Assembly (NCBI GenBank): GCA_964016885.1
Contig: OZ024755.1
Coordinates: 9,052,001 to 9,116,000, forward strand
DNA length: 64,000 nucleotides
Direction of reading: 5' to 3'
From: Eledone cirrhosa
Taxonomy: Eukaryota
The position numbers and the translations under genes were made by a program. Each line of letters begins with the position of its first letter. Position 1 is the first letter of the stretch. Below are positions 41,401 to 54,807 of the stretch, one piece after another. The notes below the pieces were generated by a model that saw only the letters and a program-made list of their open reading frames with translations, did no database searches and was not told the origin of the DNA.

Positions 41401-42130
41401 ATCCTCTAGTTTTACGTCATACTGTATTTTTATTTTTATGCTTTAGTCAGGCAGTGTCCATGACCCTTATCGAAAGCCCTAATAATTGTTTGATGGAAGG
41501 AGGAGAGGAAGAGGGGAAGGTACCTCCAAACCATCAAACCTAATCTTAACACTTCTTTCTCTTTGTACTGTGCAAACCTTAACATTTTAATGAGTATCAT
41601 TGCTCCAATGGTTGGACTGCAATGCAGGATTAACAACATTCCACATCAACCCTCTGAAAAAATATTTTGGGTAGCGTGACGTCAATTTGATAGGAGAACG
41701 AGTCATGAAAATTATCTTTATAGCTATTTCGTTATATTCTCACACACCTTCTAGTAATCGCTATAAAGATATTACTGAGGTTTATCAGGTAAGTCACCGA
41801 TACACCTGTAAATATGGTTGAGTCATCTTAATACTTAATTTAAGAGATTATAGAAATTTGCCTCTAAGCTCTAAGCATATTCAGAGACAAACTATTACAT
41901 CATCAGATCACATCATCAGATCTTAATATATATTCTGAATAATGCTGGAAACATCTGGCGTCCTGAGTCCCCGAACCACCTCCTTACACGTACGGCGTTC
42001 TAACGAATCGGACAATTCATCAAAACTATGGTATGATTCATTAAAACTTGATTAAAACAACGGACTGTACTCGCAATCATACATACCCTGCGTCAAATGT
42101 CATTTTACCATAGCCTCGAGTCGACTGAAA

Positions 42131-42231
42131 CAGACCTGCCAACCTCTAAAAACCCAAACAGGGAATACCATGAAAAGAAGTGCCCCAAAATGGAAAGAAA
42201 TGAGGCAAAATGGGGAGATTTGACAGGTCTG
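42131..42231 (-). mobile_element. Internally deleted CAGACCTG MITE
   Basis: CAGACCTGCCAA...TTGACAGGTCTG; flanks CTGAAA / CTGAAG. Confidence 0.8.
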
Positions 42232-42443
42232 CTGAAGTATTATGAGTGAAATTGGTTACGAAGCCTATCGTAATTGGTGGGAAGCCCATCGTATGGACTT
42301 TAAATGTAATTCAAAGGTCCAGCTTGGTTGAACACTGGGATACGCTGAATTTTATTGGGGTAGATTTACGTTTTGTGTACATGTATGACAAAACCTGCCA
42401 TTTAAATTACACGTTTATCCAAGCTGAGTGGACAGGAGCAAAG

Positions 42444-42635
42444 CAGACCTGTCAACTCTCCTCGTCCGACGGGGAGATCTCCCACCCACTTTGGGGTGGA
42501 TGAGAGATGTCGTCTCTTGTGAAAATAGGTATTATCTATGTAAAATCTCCCCATTTTGCCTCATTTCTTCCCGCTTTTTATCACTTTTTTTTTAATGGTA
42601 CTCCCCATTTGGGTTTTTAGATGTTAGCACATCTG
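42444..42635 (+). mobile_element. CAGACCTG MITE, full length, adjoining a family 2 SINE fragment
   Basis: Aligns to 1258-1452. Confidence 0.8.
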
Positions 42636-42679
42636 ATTTTAATTCAATTAATCTTTAACTTTGAAACCTGTTTGGCCTC

Positions 42680-42868
42680 ACAATCATCACCACCACCATC
42701 ACCACCACCATCACTCCACCATCACCACCACCATCACTCCACCATCACACCATCACCACCACCATCACCACCGCCATCATCACCACCATCACCACCACCA
42801 TCACTCCACCATCACTCCACCATCACCACCACCATCACCACCGCCATCACCACCACCATCACTCCACG
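42680..42868. repeat. (CAC/CAT)n microsatellite
   Basis: Direct observation. Confidence 0.95.
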
Positions 42869-43192
42869 CTATAGAAAAGCATATAAACTCCCGTCTAACT
42901 GATTCACAAAATAGAAATAATAAAACAGTGACAGACAAGTGATTAGTTAGAGGGATAGATATAGATAAAGAGTGAAAGAGTGAGAGAGAGAAAAGAAACG
43001 AAGCCATGCATATTAAACAATGTTTAGTTTTACTTATTTTCAGATGTCTAGAGTAACCTTGGCATTTTATTACAGCATAAAACTGGGACGTAGATAAAAG
43101 GAATAAAATTATCTAGCCATTATCCTTAAAAAGGAATATAGTATTCCACTAATAAGATCGACTTTTGGATTTCTACGGACGCCACTGTCTGC

Positions 43193-43272
<80 letters not shown>

Positions 43273-43594
43273 GTGTATGTGTGTGTGTTTGTTTGTATGC
43301 ATATATATATATACATATGTATTTCATGTATGTATGCACACATACACACAGACACACACGAACTCACACACATATATATATATATATAACACGCTGTTAA
43401 CTGCTGTTTGGGTCACCAATTATATGTAAAACATTATATTTGAGAGGAATCTGCAGAACTGTGAGCCAACATTTGTAATAAATAAATTGACAAAATATCG
43501 TCCATCTATACTTGAATTCGCACACAGATGCATGTTCTTTGATTCTTTTACATGTTTCAGTCATCAGACTGTGGCCAGTATTTAGTTGATTAAG

Positions 43595-43750
43595 GGCGGT
43601 GGATTTGCAGTATCGGTACAGCCTGCTTTGCGGCATGTAGTTACGGCCGTTTACGTTCTGTGTTCAAATCCTGTTGAGGTTAGCTTTGCCTTTCATCCTT
43701 ACCGGGTGGGTAAAATAGAAATTCTAGTAACACTGAGGTCGATTTAATTG
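43595..43750 (+). mobile_element. SINE family 1
   Basis: Head and central motif present. Confidence 0.8.
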
Positions 43751-45929
43751 TGATTAAATCACGAACCATTATTTGGTCGATCATATTGAGCCCACTACTT
43801 ATTTCAAATCAAGTATTTATTTTGTTGAACCGCTACATAAACATAAACAGACACATACACACACACACTCCCCCCATATATACATATATTCATACACATA
43901 TATATATCATCATCGTCGTTTTACGTCCGCTTTTCCACGTAGAAGCTAAAGAGTGGATTTAAGTTGTTAACCTTGTTTTTTCTGCATTTTAAATGTATGT
44001 ATATATGTATGTACATTGTAGGTAGGTAGAGGCGTATACGTTTTTCGTACATCTATTAATTCGGTCATTAATAAAGCTTCCCTCTTGCCGTCAGAGTGAC
44101 ATTAACCCGGATATTTCTATCACATCATTTCTAACGAATATTTACTACCATCATCACCATGATCTCCACAATCACAATGATTACCATCGGAGACAATGAC
44201 TGCATTAACTATTGCTACCATCCCTACAGACCACTACTACCATACTTAACCACTTCGACAACATCCACCCAGCTTGCCAAATTTTCATTTCCTCTATAAA
44301 AAAAAACAGAAACAAACAACTTTTGCATTTTCACATTCATTCCTGACATAACATTTCATAAAAGTAATTTACTGTCCAAATTATTCATTTGTTGTCTTCG
44401 TCCATGAACTAGCGAAGAGCTGTCGGTGCTTAATGTTTAACTGAACAAATAGCAATTATTATTAAAATGTCACTTATTATTTTATTTATATATACATTTG
44501 AAATTAATTTTTAGAACAATGTGTGGCATTCTGAACAATAAAAAAGCTTGTACAACTTTGGATTAAGTATTAAGTAAGGGAGAATCAAAATCCCTTCTTA
44601 GATACAATATCACACACACGTGGTATTCCGAGATGATGTGGCCTCTTAAATTTAGCGTTCTCATTGACATTTTATGTGTGTGTGTATGCTTATGCGTTTG
44701 TTTTGGACTTCTGTCGGTTCCAACGATGAGAGTTCCAGTTGTTAAAATAACGAAATGACCAGCTTATGAAATTAACGTACATGTGGCTGGATATAACAGG
44801 ATGTGACATGGCTGAACCAGTGAATTACAGCTATAACTCTATTTTTGCCATCTGAATAAACTGAAGCAATGGGAATGTATGTGAGCCGATTTGATTCAAG
44901 CCTTTAAACGTTTTGTAGTAATGTATGGATGTAACATAATCTATTATCTACATCTTCGGTAGATCTGAAGTTACCTTACGTCTGTGTAAGGAAACAATAC
45001 TTAGTGGGGATCTTGGAAACATAATATTAAAAAGTTTATATTAACATACAAGAGCACCGACTGCCCTCTCTTCGATCATGTTTGTCTCACAACTACTGAC
45101 CTTCACTAATTCACCCCGTCTATTCTATTCTACTTTGATGATGTGATTCTAAATATTACGGGCGTTGTCTAATCGCTTAGAGGGAATGCACAAACATAGA
45201 CGAAGCAAACCAAATCCCTAATATTGACAAAACGTAACATAACACCACATATAAATGTTGAGCGTGAAATGACCTCAGATGTAAGGCTGGAGGAACTGTT
45301 TACATTGTGTTAGGTACCAGCAACCACAAAAGTCTGGACAAATTTATATACGGTTTAAACTTCACCAACACGTCACGCTAAGGACATTCTGCTATGAAGA
45401 TTGATTAGCACAGATTACATTGTTCTTTTCTTTTTCTCTGGTTTTCTTTTTCTTTGGTTTTCTTTTTCTCTGGTTTTCTTTTTCTCTGGTTTTCTTTTTT
45501 TTTTTCTGGTTTTCTTTTTCTTCGGTTTTCTTTTTTGTCTTTTTTAAGCGGGACTGAGAAACTTTAAAATCAATATTTCTGAACTTCAACATACTTTATA
45601 ACCAATTCTTCATTAGACAAATACTGTAAAAGTTAAGGAGACGATCTTCCACCTCATGCCGTCCACTAATTTGTGATTTTTTTTTAAACATAATATTAGG
45701 ACATTAAGGGTTTCAAATTTGGACAAAAAAAACAGTAATTGGTTGAGGTTTTGGGGTGATCAGGTGAGTTCATAATATCACCCAGGTACATGACTGGCAC
45801 TTTATTTTATCTATCTCCTAAGGATAGATAAAATATGCAGGATATGATCCGATTCTGTGCGTTCTGAACTCAATCCCTGCCTTCTCCTAAGTTGCAAATA
45901 GCAGATATTATGAACAATACTGTATATTT

Positions 45930-46105
45930 AGCATGATATAGTGAGTGACAAGGCTGGCTTTTGATTTATAGGTACAACGCATTTTTACCAGATGAGTAGA
46001 ATGGAGCAATGTGAAATAAGTGTCTTGCTCAAGGATAAACTGTACCACCGGGAATCGAACAGATGACTTAATGATCATGAACCGAATACCCGTAACTACT
46101 AAATC
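45930..46105 (-). mobile_element. SINE family 2 fragment
   Basis: GGAGCAATGTGAAATAAGTGTCTTGCTCAAGGA..GGGAATCGAAC. Confidence 0.75.
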
Positions 46106-47249
46106 CCGTTTTTGCCCTCTTTACAATGCAATCTTCATGGCGCCTTACAATCAAAATTTCCCGCATTGATACGCCTAATTATTAACATTTCACGCATTGA
46201 TAAAGCTGAAACATCGTGGACTGAAGAATAGACTTCAAATCTTACAACTAAATAATTTGAACATAATACCGTAGAAAACTTAATGATGACGTGTTCTTCA
46301 CCGTATTAATAACTTATATTGAATGCTGAGATTAATAAGCAGTGTCTTATTTCAATAAATACATGAACTGGTCTTCATATTTTCATATGGATGTATGTAC
46401 ATTTTATTAAGGCTAAATAGTGAGTCTTGTTACACAGGAGTTGCGCCTGTGTATTACAGGGTCATCAGACAAGAACACATACATACATATGTTCGTACAT
46501 ACATACATACATACATACATACATACATACATACATACATACATACATACATACATAATTCCAATGAGAGAGTCTTGCATCTATGTTAGAAACCGACTCT
46601 CTCTCTCTCTATTGGCAAACATTTATGAAATTGTAAAACCAGATGAACATACATACATGCATACAAATACGTGTCTAACAATATTACACTGTCATCTGTC
46701 TATAAATATAATAACCATGGATATATTTTCAGCTATTTAATCGATCAAGTTACACCTCGTGTAACTCTCGCCTTCCGGTGAGCTTTACCTAGAACAAACA
46801 ATCTGTCGACATTTTGTGTGTTTGGAGATTAACAATAATACAGTAATTCATAGGTACACATTCACACACGCATACTAAATATAACGAAGAGCTTGGGAAA
46901 AGGAAATTGCGCCACACACATATTTAGTTTGTGTGAGGACAAAATGTGTGCGTGTAATATGTGTGTGTGCATGTATGTGCACATATATATACATATATAT
47001 GTGTGTGTGTGTATATGCATGTGTGCGTGTATATGTATATATATGTGTGTGTGCGTGTGCGTGTGCGTGTATGTGCATGTGTGCGTGTATATGTATATAT
47101 GTATATATGTGTGTGTGTGTGTGTTAGACGTTGATCAGCTTCGTCGACGAGTGTTCCAGTTGTCACATATTATGTTCACTTGTTCTGCCTCTATGAAATC
47201 CAAACCTCCAAGGTGATGCTGCCTCGTTTTACCTGCGGATAGAATTATC

Positions 47250-47596
47250 TCAGGTAGGAGTCGATTTAATCGACTCCCTTACATTATATCATCGATCATG
47301 CAAGGATGAAAGGCACAGTTGATCTAAGTGGGATTTGAACTCTGACCGTAAAGAGCCGAAACAAAAACCGCTAGAAATTTGCCTGACTCACAGACAATTC
47401 TGCTAATCCACTATACTTAATTTCACTTCTATCACAATTGTTTCTACTTTTGGCACAAGACCAGCAATTATCCAAGTGTATTACTGGTACTTTATTTTAT
47501 CTACCCCGTAAGGATGAAAGGCAAAGTTAACCTCGGCGGGATTTGAACTCAGACCATAAAGGGCCGTAACTCTTTGCTGCAAAGCATGCCAATCCA
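47250..47596 (-). mobile_element. Two tandem family 1 SINEs (old 47250-47412, young 47436-47596)
   Basis: The young copy is flanked by TCTATCA repeats (47428 and 47597). Confidence 0.8.
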
Positions 47597-49336
47597 TCTA
47601 TCATAATATTAACAGAATATCTATATTAAAATAACTACAAGTAGAAACCTATGCCGTACAATGACTCCTGCACTCTCCAGTGCCTAATCAATACTCTAAG
47701 CTACTCCTAACTCCCATACATTATCTCCGTATATTGCCCCAGCAGCCTATATGTAAGGAAATTTCTCGATCTTATCCTGTAAAAAAAAAGAATCCTGCCA
47801 TACTTCTGACTGATTACGCTACGCCGAACGGCCAAGTTTTCATTTGTTTTTCGTTTTTCTAGTGATGATGTGAAATAACTGATAAGAAATTGAATTGCCC
47901 TCTTATGATATATATAAGAGGAAGGTTGTGTCATAAACGTTTCTCTATTTTTGTTTTTCATTTTTGATTTTAAGTATCCTTCCAGGTAGGATACTTAAGA
48001 TTTTCATTGCCTCAGTTCATTTCGTTTTGAAGATAAGTAAATGTCAAAGTTACCTGAGATAACTTAACTCTATAGAAACTGAGGTTAAGTATTTGCCATA
48101 TGAATTTTTCTAGTGTGTTCAAAAAAATGTTTTCTTCTTTTTTAAACGTGTTTCATTAATTTCTCTGCTCTCTAGTTACTAGTATTTTATCTCATGTGAC
48201 CATCTCATCTTGGAAAAAGAATTACACACGGAGTTTTGACATACCATCTACTCTTAATATATCACTTTCCATAGACTTCGCACTAAACAGCATTTACAAT
48301 CGCCCATTCAGTTACATTGCTTCTTATTCGATCATCTGTATATCACTATATATGTTTCATCAGTTTCCAGCTATTTTACAGGAATTTCAATATATCATTA
48401 AAAAAACAGCACAAAGCTAACGAGAAATATATCATCACCAACACGTTTTCTTACGCGAGAAATTCTTTCTTTTAAGAATGTCTCAAAGATATATAGTTTG
48501 TAAAGAAACTAACGAACATACACAAATATTCTTACATTCCCATACACACAACAAAACATATGCTCGAAATAAATAATAAAATGAGCTAAGGGAATTAACT
48601 CAAGTGAGCCAATGGTGCTAATTGCGATAAATAATAGATGGTGTACTGAATAACGAAAGGCAAGAAGTATCAATGATTTGGAATTTCTCTCTTAGTGAAA
48701 CTAAACAAACTAAACTGGTAGTAATTGAGAGCGTCTTTGAATAAGGGAAGGTGGGTTCGAACAATTAAGAATTAATTACAAAGGGCATACTGATTGTGAA
48801 GCGAACTCCTAAACCATTCTATCGTATCAACACCAGACGTATTAATTGCAAAAAATCAAATAACTAGCGGGAATTAAGCATAGATTCTATATAGATGTAA
48901 CTTAATACTGCATGGCAATTACTTAAGCGCCGGTTCTGCCGTTTTTTTTTTGTTTTGTTTTTTGTAAATCCACTGTCTTAGCAACCTATGAGCTTTGAGA
49001 GAGGAATAGACAGAGTGTGTGTGTGAGAGAGGGGGAGAAATGAAGTACTCTATAAGAGAAGCAGCTAAAAACAGAAGCTCAAACAACATAATAAACACAC
49101 ATATAATATATTACAGTCGGCAAACAGAAAATCAAGATGCAAAATAGGATACTGAAAAATAAATAATATATACATTATATAGATATACGTACGCATAGGT
49201 CTGTGTATCTGTGTGTATTTATGTGTACGTACATATATAGATGCATATATATATATAAATATATATATATAGAGAGAGATATTTATGTATACATAAATAT
49301 ATATATATACATATATATATATACATACATACATAC

Positions 49337-49457
<121 letters not shown>

Positions 49458-49887
49458 AGGCGGTGTGGCATTGAGATGTGCCAGCTTGTATTCTTTTAGT
49501 GTAAACTATTGCTGGGATTTCTCGGGGAGAGCACCAAATACCTCTCTACTATGTACGTTTAGTAAAGTGTTATTTGTGTGCCTTCGCTCTTGTAACACGA
49601 CAGGGGCCTCTTCGGTTGTTCTCGGCCTATTTGTAGAAGCCGAGAGAGATGAGGGTGACGAGTTAGCAGGAGCCAGTTCGTATTTCTGTGGGAATCACCT
49701 TATGGCGTATGTGTGTAAAAAAATAGACGACCTCACATTCATTTACATCATATACTGCAGTGCAGCGATACGCACATACGTATGAACACACAGATACATA
49801 CATACACACACACACGCGCACACACAAACACAGAAACAGATACACAGACACAGACACACACACACATATATATATGTATATATATAT

Positions 49888-50055
49888 AAGTTATTCCGGG
49901 TTGAATCGGAGGTAACCACAGTAAGTAAGGTACTCAATACATAGCAGAGCATAAACGTTTTAATATAGAAGAGCTTCTACATGACTAGAACTGTTTCATT
50001 CGTGAGAATTCATCCACGAATGAAACAGTTCTAGTCCTGTATAAGCTCTTCTATA
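49888..50055 (-). mobile_element. Family A element with inversion junction inside the hammerhead core
   Basis: Minus strand GATGA-ATTC-tcac-GAAT-GAAACAG..; inverted partial copy at 50015-50055. Confidence 0.85.
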
Positions 50056-50096
50056 TATGTATATATATATATATATATATATAAAGAATATTTTCG

Positions 50097-50132
<36 letters not shown>

Positions 50133-50146
50133 CGAAAATATTCTTA

Positions 50147-50184
<38 letters not shown>

Positions 50185-50345
50185 ATACATATATTTAAAT
50201 ATGATTAAAAGTTTAACAAGGTTCAATGAATTAATCAATGAATAAAGTTTCACAATAGATTAAAAGCACTCTACAAAGAGGTTTTCTGCAGTTATTAATA
50301 TTACTTCAAAATATTAATAAATATAGACATTGATGTGATCAAATA

Positions 50346-50411
50346 TATTTTATTATACATATTTCAGAGGTACTGAGATATTTCAACAGTACGTCCTCAT
50401 CAGATAAAATA
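50346..50411 (-). ncRNA. Complete hammerhead (element about 50198-50475)
   Basis: TATTTTAT-CTGATGA-GGACGTACTG-11 nt-CAGTACCTCT-GAA-ATA-tg-TAT-A-ATAAAATA: 8-bp stem I, AUA site. Confidence 0.8.
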
Positions 50412-50476
50412 AGTTGATGCCAGACATACCTTGACTATGTTGATGGTTATAATTCAGTCATGGCAGTCATTTTCAA

Positions 50477-50520
<44 letters not shown>

Positions 50521-50570
50521 ATATATATGTATATATATATATTCAAATATATATATATATAAATAAATAA

Positions 50571-50603
<33 letters not shown>

Positions 50604-50833
50604 TGATGATGATGTTGTTGTTATTATTAATTTGTTCATAATTTCTAACTATAGCGTAAGGCCAAACATATTCATATATAGGCATGCATGTATCATATTA
50701 TAGATAAATCATTAATTATTAATCATAAATATATATGTAAATTCTGTCCGAAAATAAATAGTCTTTGAGCGGTACCTACTTGCAAACCAACCAATCAACG
50801 AAGAAACAAACAAATATGCACTGATAAGTTTAA

Positions 50834-50928
<95 letters not shown>

Positions 50929-50978
50929 TAAACAAATAATGAACAAACAATTCCTTATATTAAACAAAAAAAGTTCAC

Positions 50979-51123
50979 TATTTAACGATCGTTTCTAGGG
51001 CATATATGTGCTATAATTGGTATGCATATTTAACAGATCTATGTACAAAATTATACAAAATTATACAAATTATCAAGATTAAATATACATACCTAACTCA
51101 TATATACGCCGTCTTCAGAAATA
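50979..51123 (-). ncRNA. Family D hammerhead, inverted copy
   Basis: Reverse complement of 51166-51310. Confidence 0.75.
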
Positions 51124-51165
51124 ATCAGAAATAATTATTTCAGAAATAATTATTTCTGAAATAAT

Positions 51166-51310
51166 TATTTCTGAAGACGGCGTATATATGAGTTAGGTAT
51201 GTATATTTAATCTTGATAATTTGTATAATTTTGTATAATTTTGTACATAGATCTGTTAAATATGCATACCAATTATAGCACATATATGCCCTAGAAACGA
51301 TCGTTAAATA
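51166..51310 (+). ncRNA. Family D hammerhead with about 115-nt stem II region
   Basis: TATTT-CTGAAGA-C-GGCGTATATATG...CACATATATGCC-cta-GAAA-C-gatc-GTT-AAATA. Confidence 0.75.
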
Positions 51311-51500
51311 GTGAACTTTTTTTGTTTAATATAAGGAATTGTTTGTTCATTATTTGTTTAATATTTTATCTTGACTCTGTATACCGTTTATCTTTCACCG
51401 AAATTGGATTTTCATTACATCTCTTCTTTCCATGATATCCGGAATACATTGAGTTCTTCATACGGATTGGACACTACCGTAAACTCTTGGTAGATTTATC

Positions 51501-51540
<40 letters not shown>

Positions 51541-51627
51541 TTAAATATACATACCTAACTCATATATACGCCGTCTTCAGAAATAATCAGAAATAATTAT
51601 TTCAGAAATAATTATTTCAGAAATAAT

Positions 51628-51772
51628 TATTTCTGAAGACGGCGTATATATGAGTTAGGTATGTATATTTAATCTTGATAATTTGTATAATTTTGTATAA
51701 TTTTGTACATAGATCTGTTAAATATGCATACCAATTATAGCACATATATGCCCTAGAAACGATCGTTAAATA
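51628..51772 (+). ncRNA. Family D hammerhead, tandem copy
   Basis: Same sequence as 51166-51310. Confidence 0.75.
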
Positions 51773-51962
51773 GTGAACTTTTTTTGTTTAATATAAGGAA
51801 TTGTTTGTTCATTATTTGTTTAATATTTTATCTTGACTCTGTATACCGTTTATCTTTCACCGAAATTGGATTTTCATTACATCTCTTCTTTCCATGATAT
51901 CCGGAATACATTGAGTTCTTCATACGGATTGGACACTACCGTAAACTCTTGGTAGATTTATC

Positions 51963-52042
<80 letters not shown>

Positions 52043-52342
52043 TATATATATTTATATATATATATTTCGTTTCTGAATTGGCAACATGACCCTCCCAAAG
52101 TATAACAATATATATATATATTTATATATATATATTTATATATATATTTATATATATATTCATATATATATATATTTATATATATATTCATATATATATT
52201 TATATAAATATATATATATTTATATAAATATATATATATTTATATAAATATATATATTTATATATATATATATTATATATATATGAATATTTGTATATAT
52301 GAATATTTATATATATGAATATCCATATATATATATATATAT

Positions 52343-52391
<49 letters not shown>

Positions 52392-52826
52392 TATCATCGA
52401 GCTCTCATGACATCATTGCTTGACTCTCATCTCAATCAGCAATCAGATTTATTGGCAAATCTCCATCATTTGCAAACATATGTCAGTCGATATGACTCAA
52501 GTATATTTACAGGTGTATCTATGTTCACGATGTGTTCATTATGTGACTCACCTGATAAACTACACTAATATATCTCTGACACCGATTAATTTCATTGAAG
52601 GTCAATATTAGAAGAAAAAACAAGTCGAGTGTTTATCTTACACTCTACATATGCTGAGAATTAGGAAGTTACCAAAACATATATCACGCCATGTTTCAAT
52701 GTTATACATATATTACATATATAAATGCCAGCACGCATAGACTAAAAAACATATATTATTAGTCTTTCGCTCTCTCCCTGTCTCTCTCTTTCTAACACAC
52801 ACATACACAAACACGCACACACACAG

Positions 52827-53084
<258 letters not shown>

Positions 53085-54395
53085 CCACCTTTCTATCTAT
53101 CTTTCTATATATATATATATATTATTTTGCTTATATAAACGTCAATATTTACTATGTCTAACATCACAATGTAGAAGAAAGCTTTTAATTTTCGATTGGT
53201 TATTTTATTGCATTGAAATAACTAAGTTCCCAGTAACATCTCTAAAACACAGTATGTATGATTTCCTTCTCAAGAGTAAAGTTTTGACTCGGAGTTAGGG
53301 CTAAATGAAGTATAGTGTTATGGGTTGTATTGTATAAGATGATATTTGTGAATTGATAGAACTGTATATCTTACAATCACGGCAGTGATGCTTCCTCGCC
53401 AAGCTCGGTCTTTAATCTGATGGACTACTACAACCCCCTATGGTTATGATTAAATAAATGCTCTTGGTGTCTAGTAGAAACTTGAGATTCTGTCACGGCC
53501 TTTTGAAATTTCTAACAAAATTTATTGAAAAATATCTACATCTCTTCTCAATCGATCTTCTTATCGAACCAAGGAAACATTCTCATGCTAGATGTCTTAA
53601 CTATTCATATTTCCGATCAGTCCATTTTCCGATCGTACCAGAGAACCGTATTCCTCGTAAATGCCTCGCTCCAGCCTAACTATCCATATTTTTTATACAG
53701 TATTCAGTCCAATGTCTTTTTGAAGTATGTCAATAAATTTAGTTGTTTGTCTTCCACGGTTAATGCACACAGACTACCAGGGTACTAGATTGGGGGCTAT
53801 TTCTTTAAGATATCTCATACAGTGACCTGCCATTGGCAAACTACGCTGAGTTTTATTTTCAGTTAGTTTAGGCAGACCATCATAAAGATCAAAATAGTTA
53901 ATTTCCCATATAATGGATTTGCCATACCGTGAAATATGATCACAGATACTCGAAAAAGAAAAACTTCAGTATATCAACAACACTAAAACTACATTAACAA
54001 TAGACATCTTCCCAAGTTTCGTGCTTTTTCTACAAATAATACTAAAACATAGAAATATCACGTGTTTTTGCATGTGAATAGACGAATATATCACATATTC
54101 TGCGTATAACAATCGAATGGATGTGTGACGTATTTTCTAATGTTTGTTTTCTATTTTTTTTTATGTTTTGTTTTTTTGTTTTTATTTTTTTTTGGCAACC
54201 AATCAAATCTCGATAACTACTCATATTTATGTGTGTTTACAAATATTTTTGTTTATGTATTAGTACGTTGCTTCCTTTCACCCATCTTTTAAATAATGGA
54301 CAACGTAAAACTCAGATAAATATATATATATATATGTATTACATAAGAAACGGAGAATCAGTGTTACGACGAATAAAATTTATTAGACATATTAC

Positions 54396-54463
<68 letters not shown>

Positions 54464-54592
54464 AGTTGATTGAACTAGCAGCACCGGTTGCATCTCAGCG
54501 TACTCAATAGGTAATGTTATGTAAGCTCCCAGAGTAGACACATAGTTATTCGCTTCAATACAACATACGTAAATGTGAACCTTCAATCTATA

Positions 54593-54703
54593 CCTGTACT
54601 CGAGTTTCGGCGACACTTAATGCAGCAATAGAGTGCATAGCATCTACTGTCTGCATTGATTATGCAACAATGCACAATAGGCGCATGTGGCTTCATCAGC
54701 GGG
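54593..54703 (-). ncRNA. Family C hammerhead, diverged copy (element about 54462-54725)
   Basis: CCCG-CTGATGA-A-GCCACA...TGTCGC-C-GAAA-C-tcga-GTA-CAGG. Confidence 0.75.
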
Positions 54704-54723
54704 TTTCACCTAATCAATAACCA

Positions 54724-54807
<84 letters not shown>

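Larger units (their letters stand above)
50921..51965. mobile_element. Family D: inverted repeat with arms of about 200 bp plus tail, followed by a tandem duplicate of about 460 bp
   Basis: Arms 50921-51125 / 51164-51368; 51077-51505 is repeated at 51539-51965. Confidence 0.9.

Noticed and set aside
43548-43577. Minus-strand CTGATGACTGAAACATGTA
   Set aside because: Only 2 nt between CUGAUGA and GAAA; it is the CAGTC/GACTG hairpin of a retroposon tail also seen near 23100, 38585 and 55140.
53458-53790. Possible RTE C-terminal relic (PENRIPRKCL)
   Set aside because: Single short motif; an equally weak AFDK motif near 41470 (-) is also unconfirmed.
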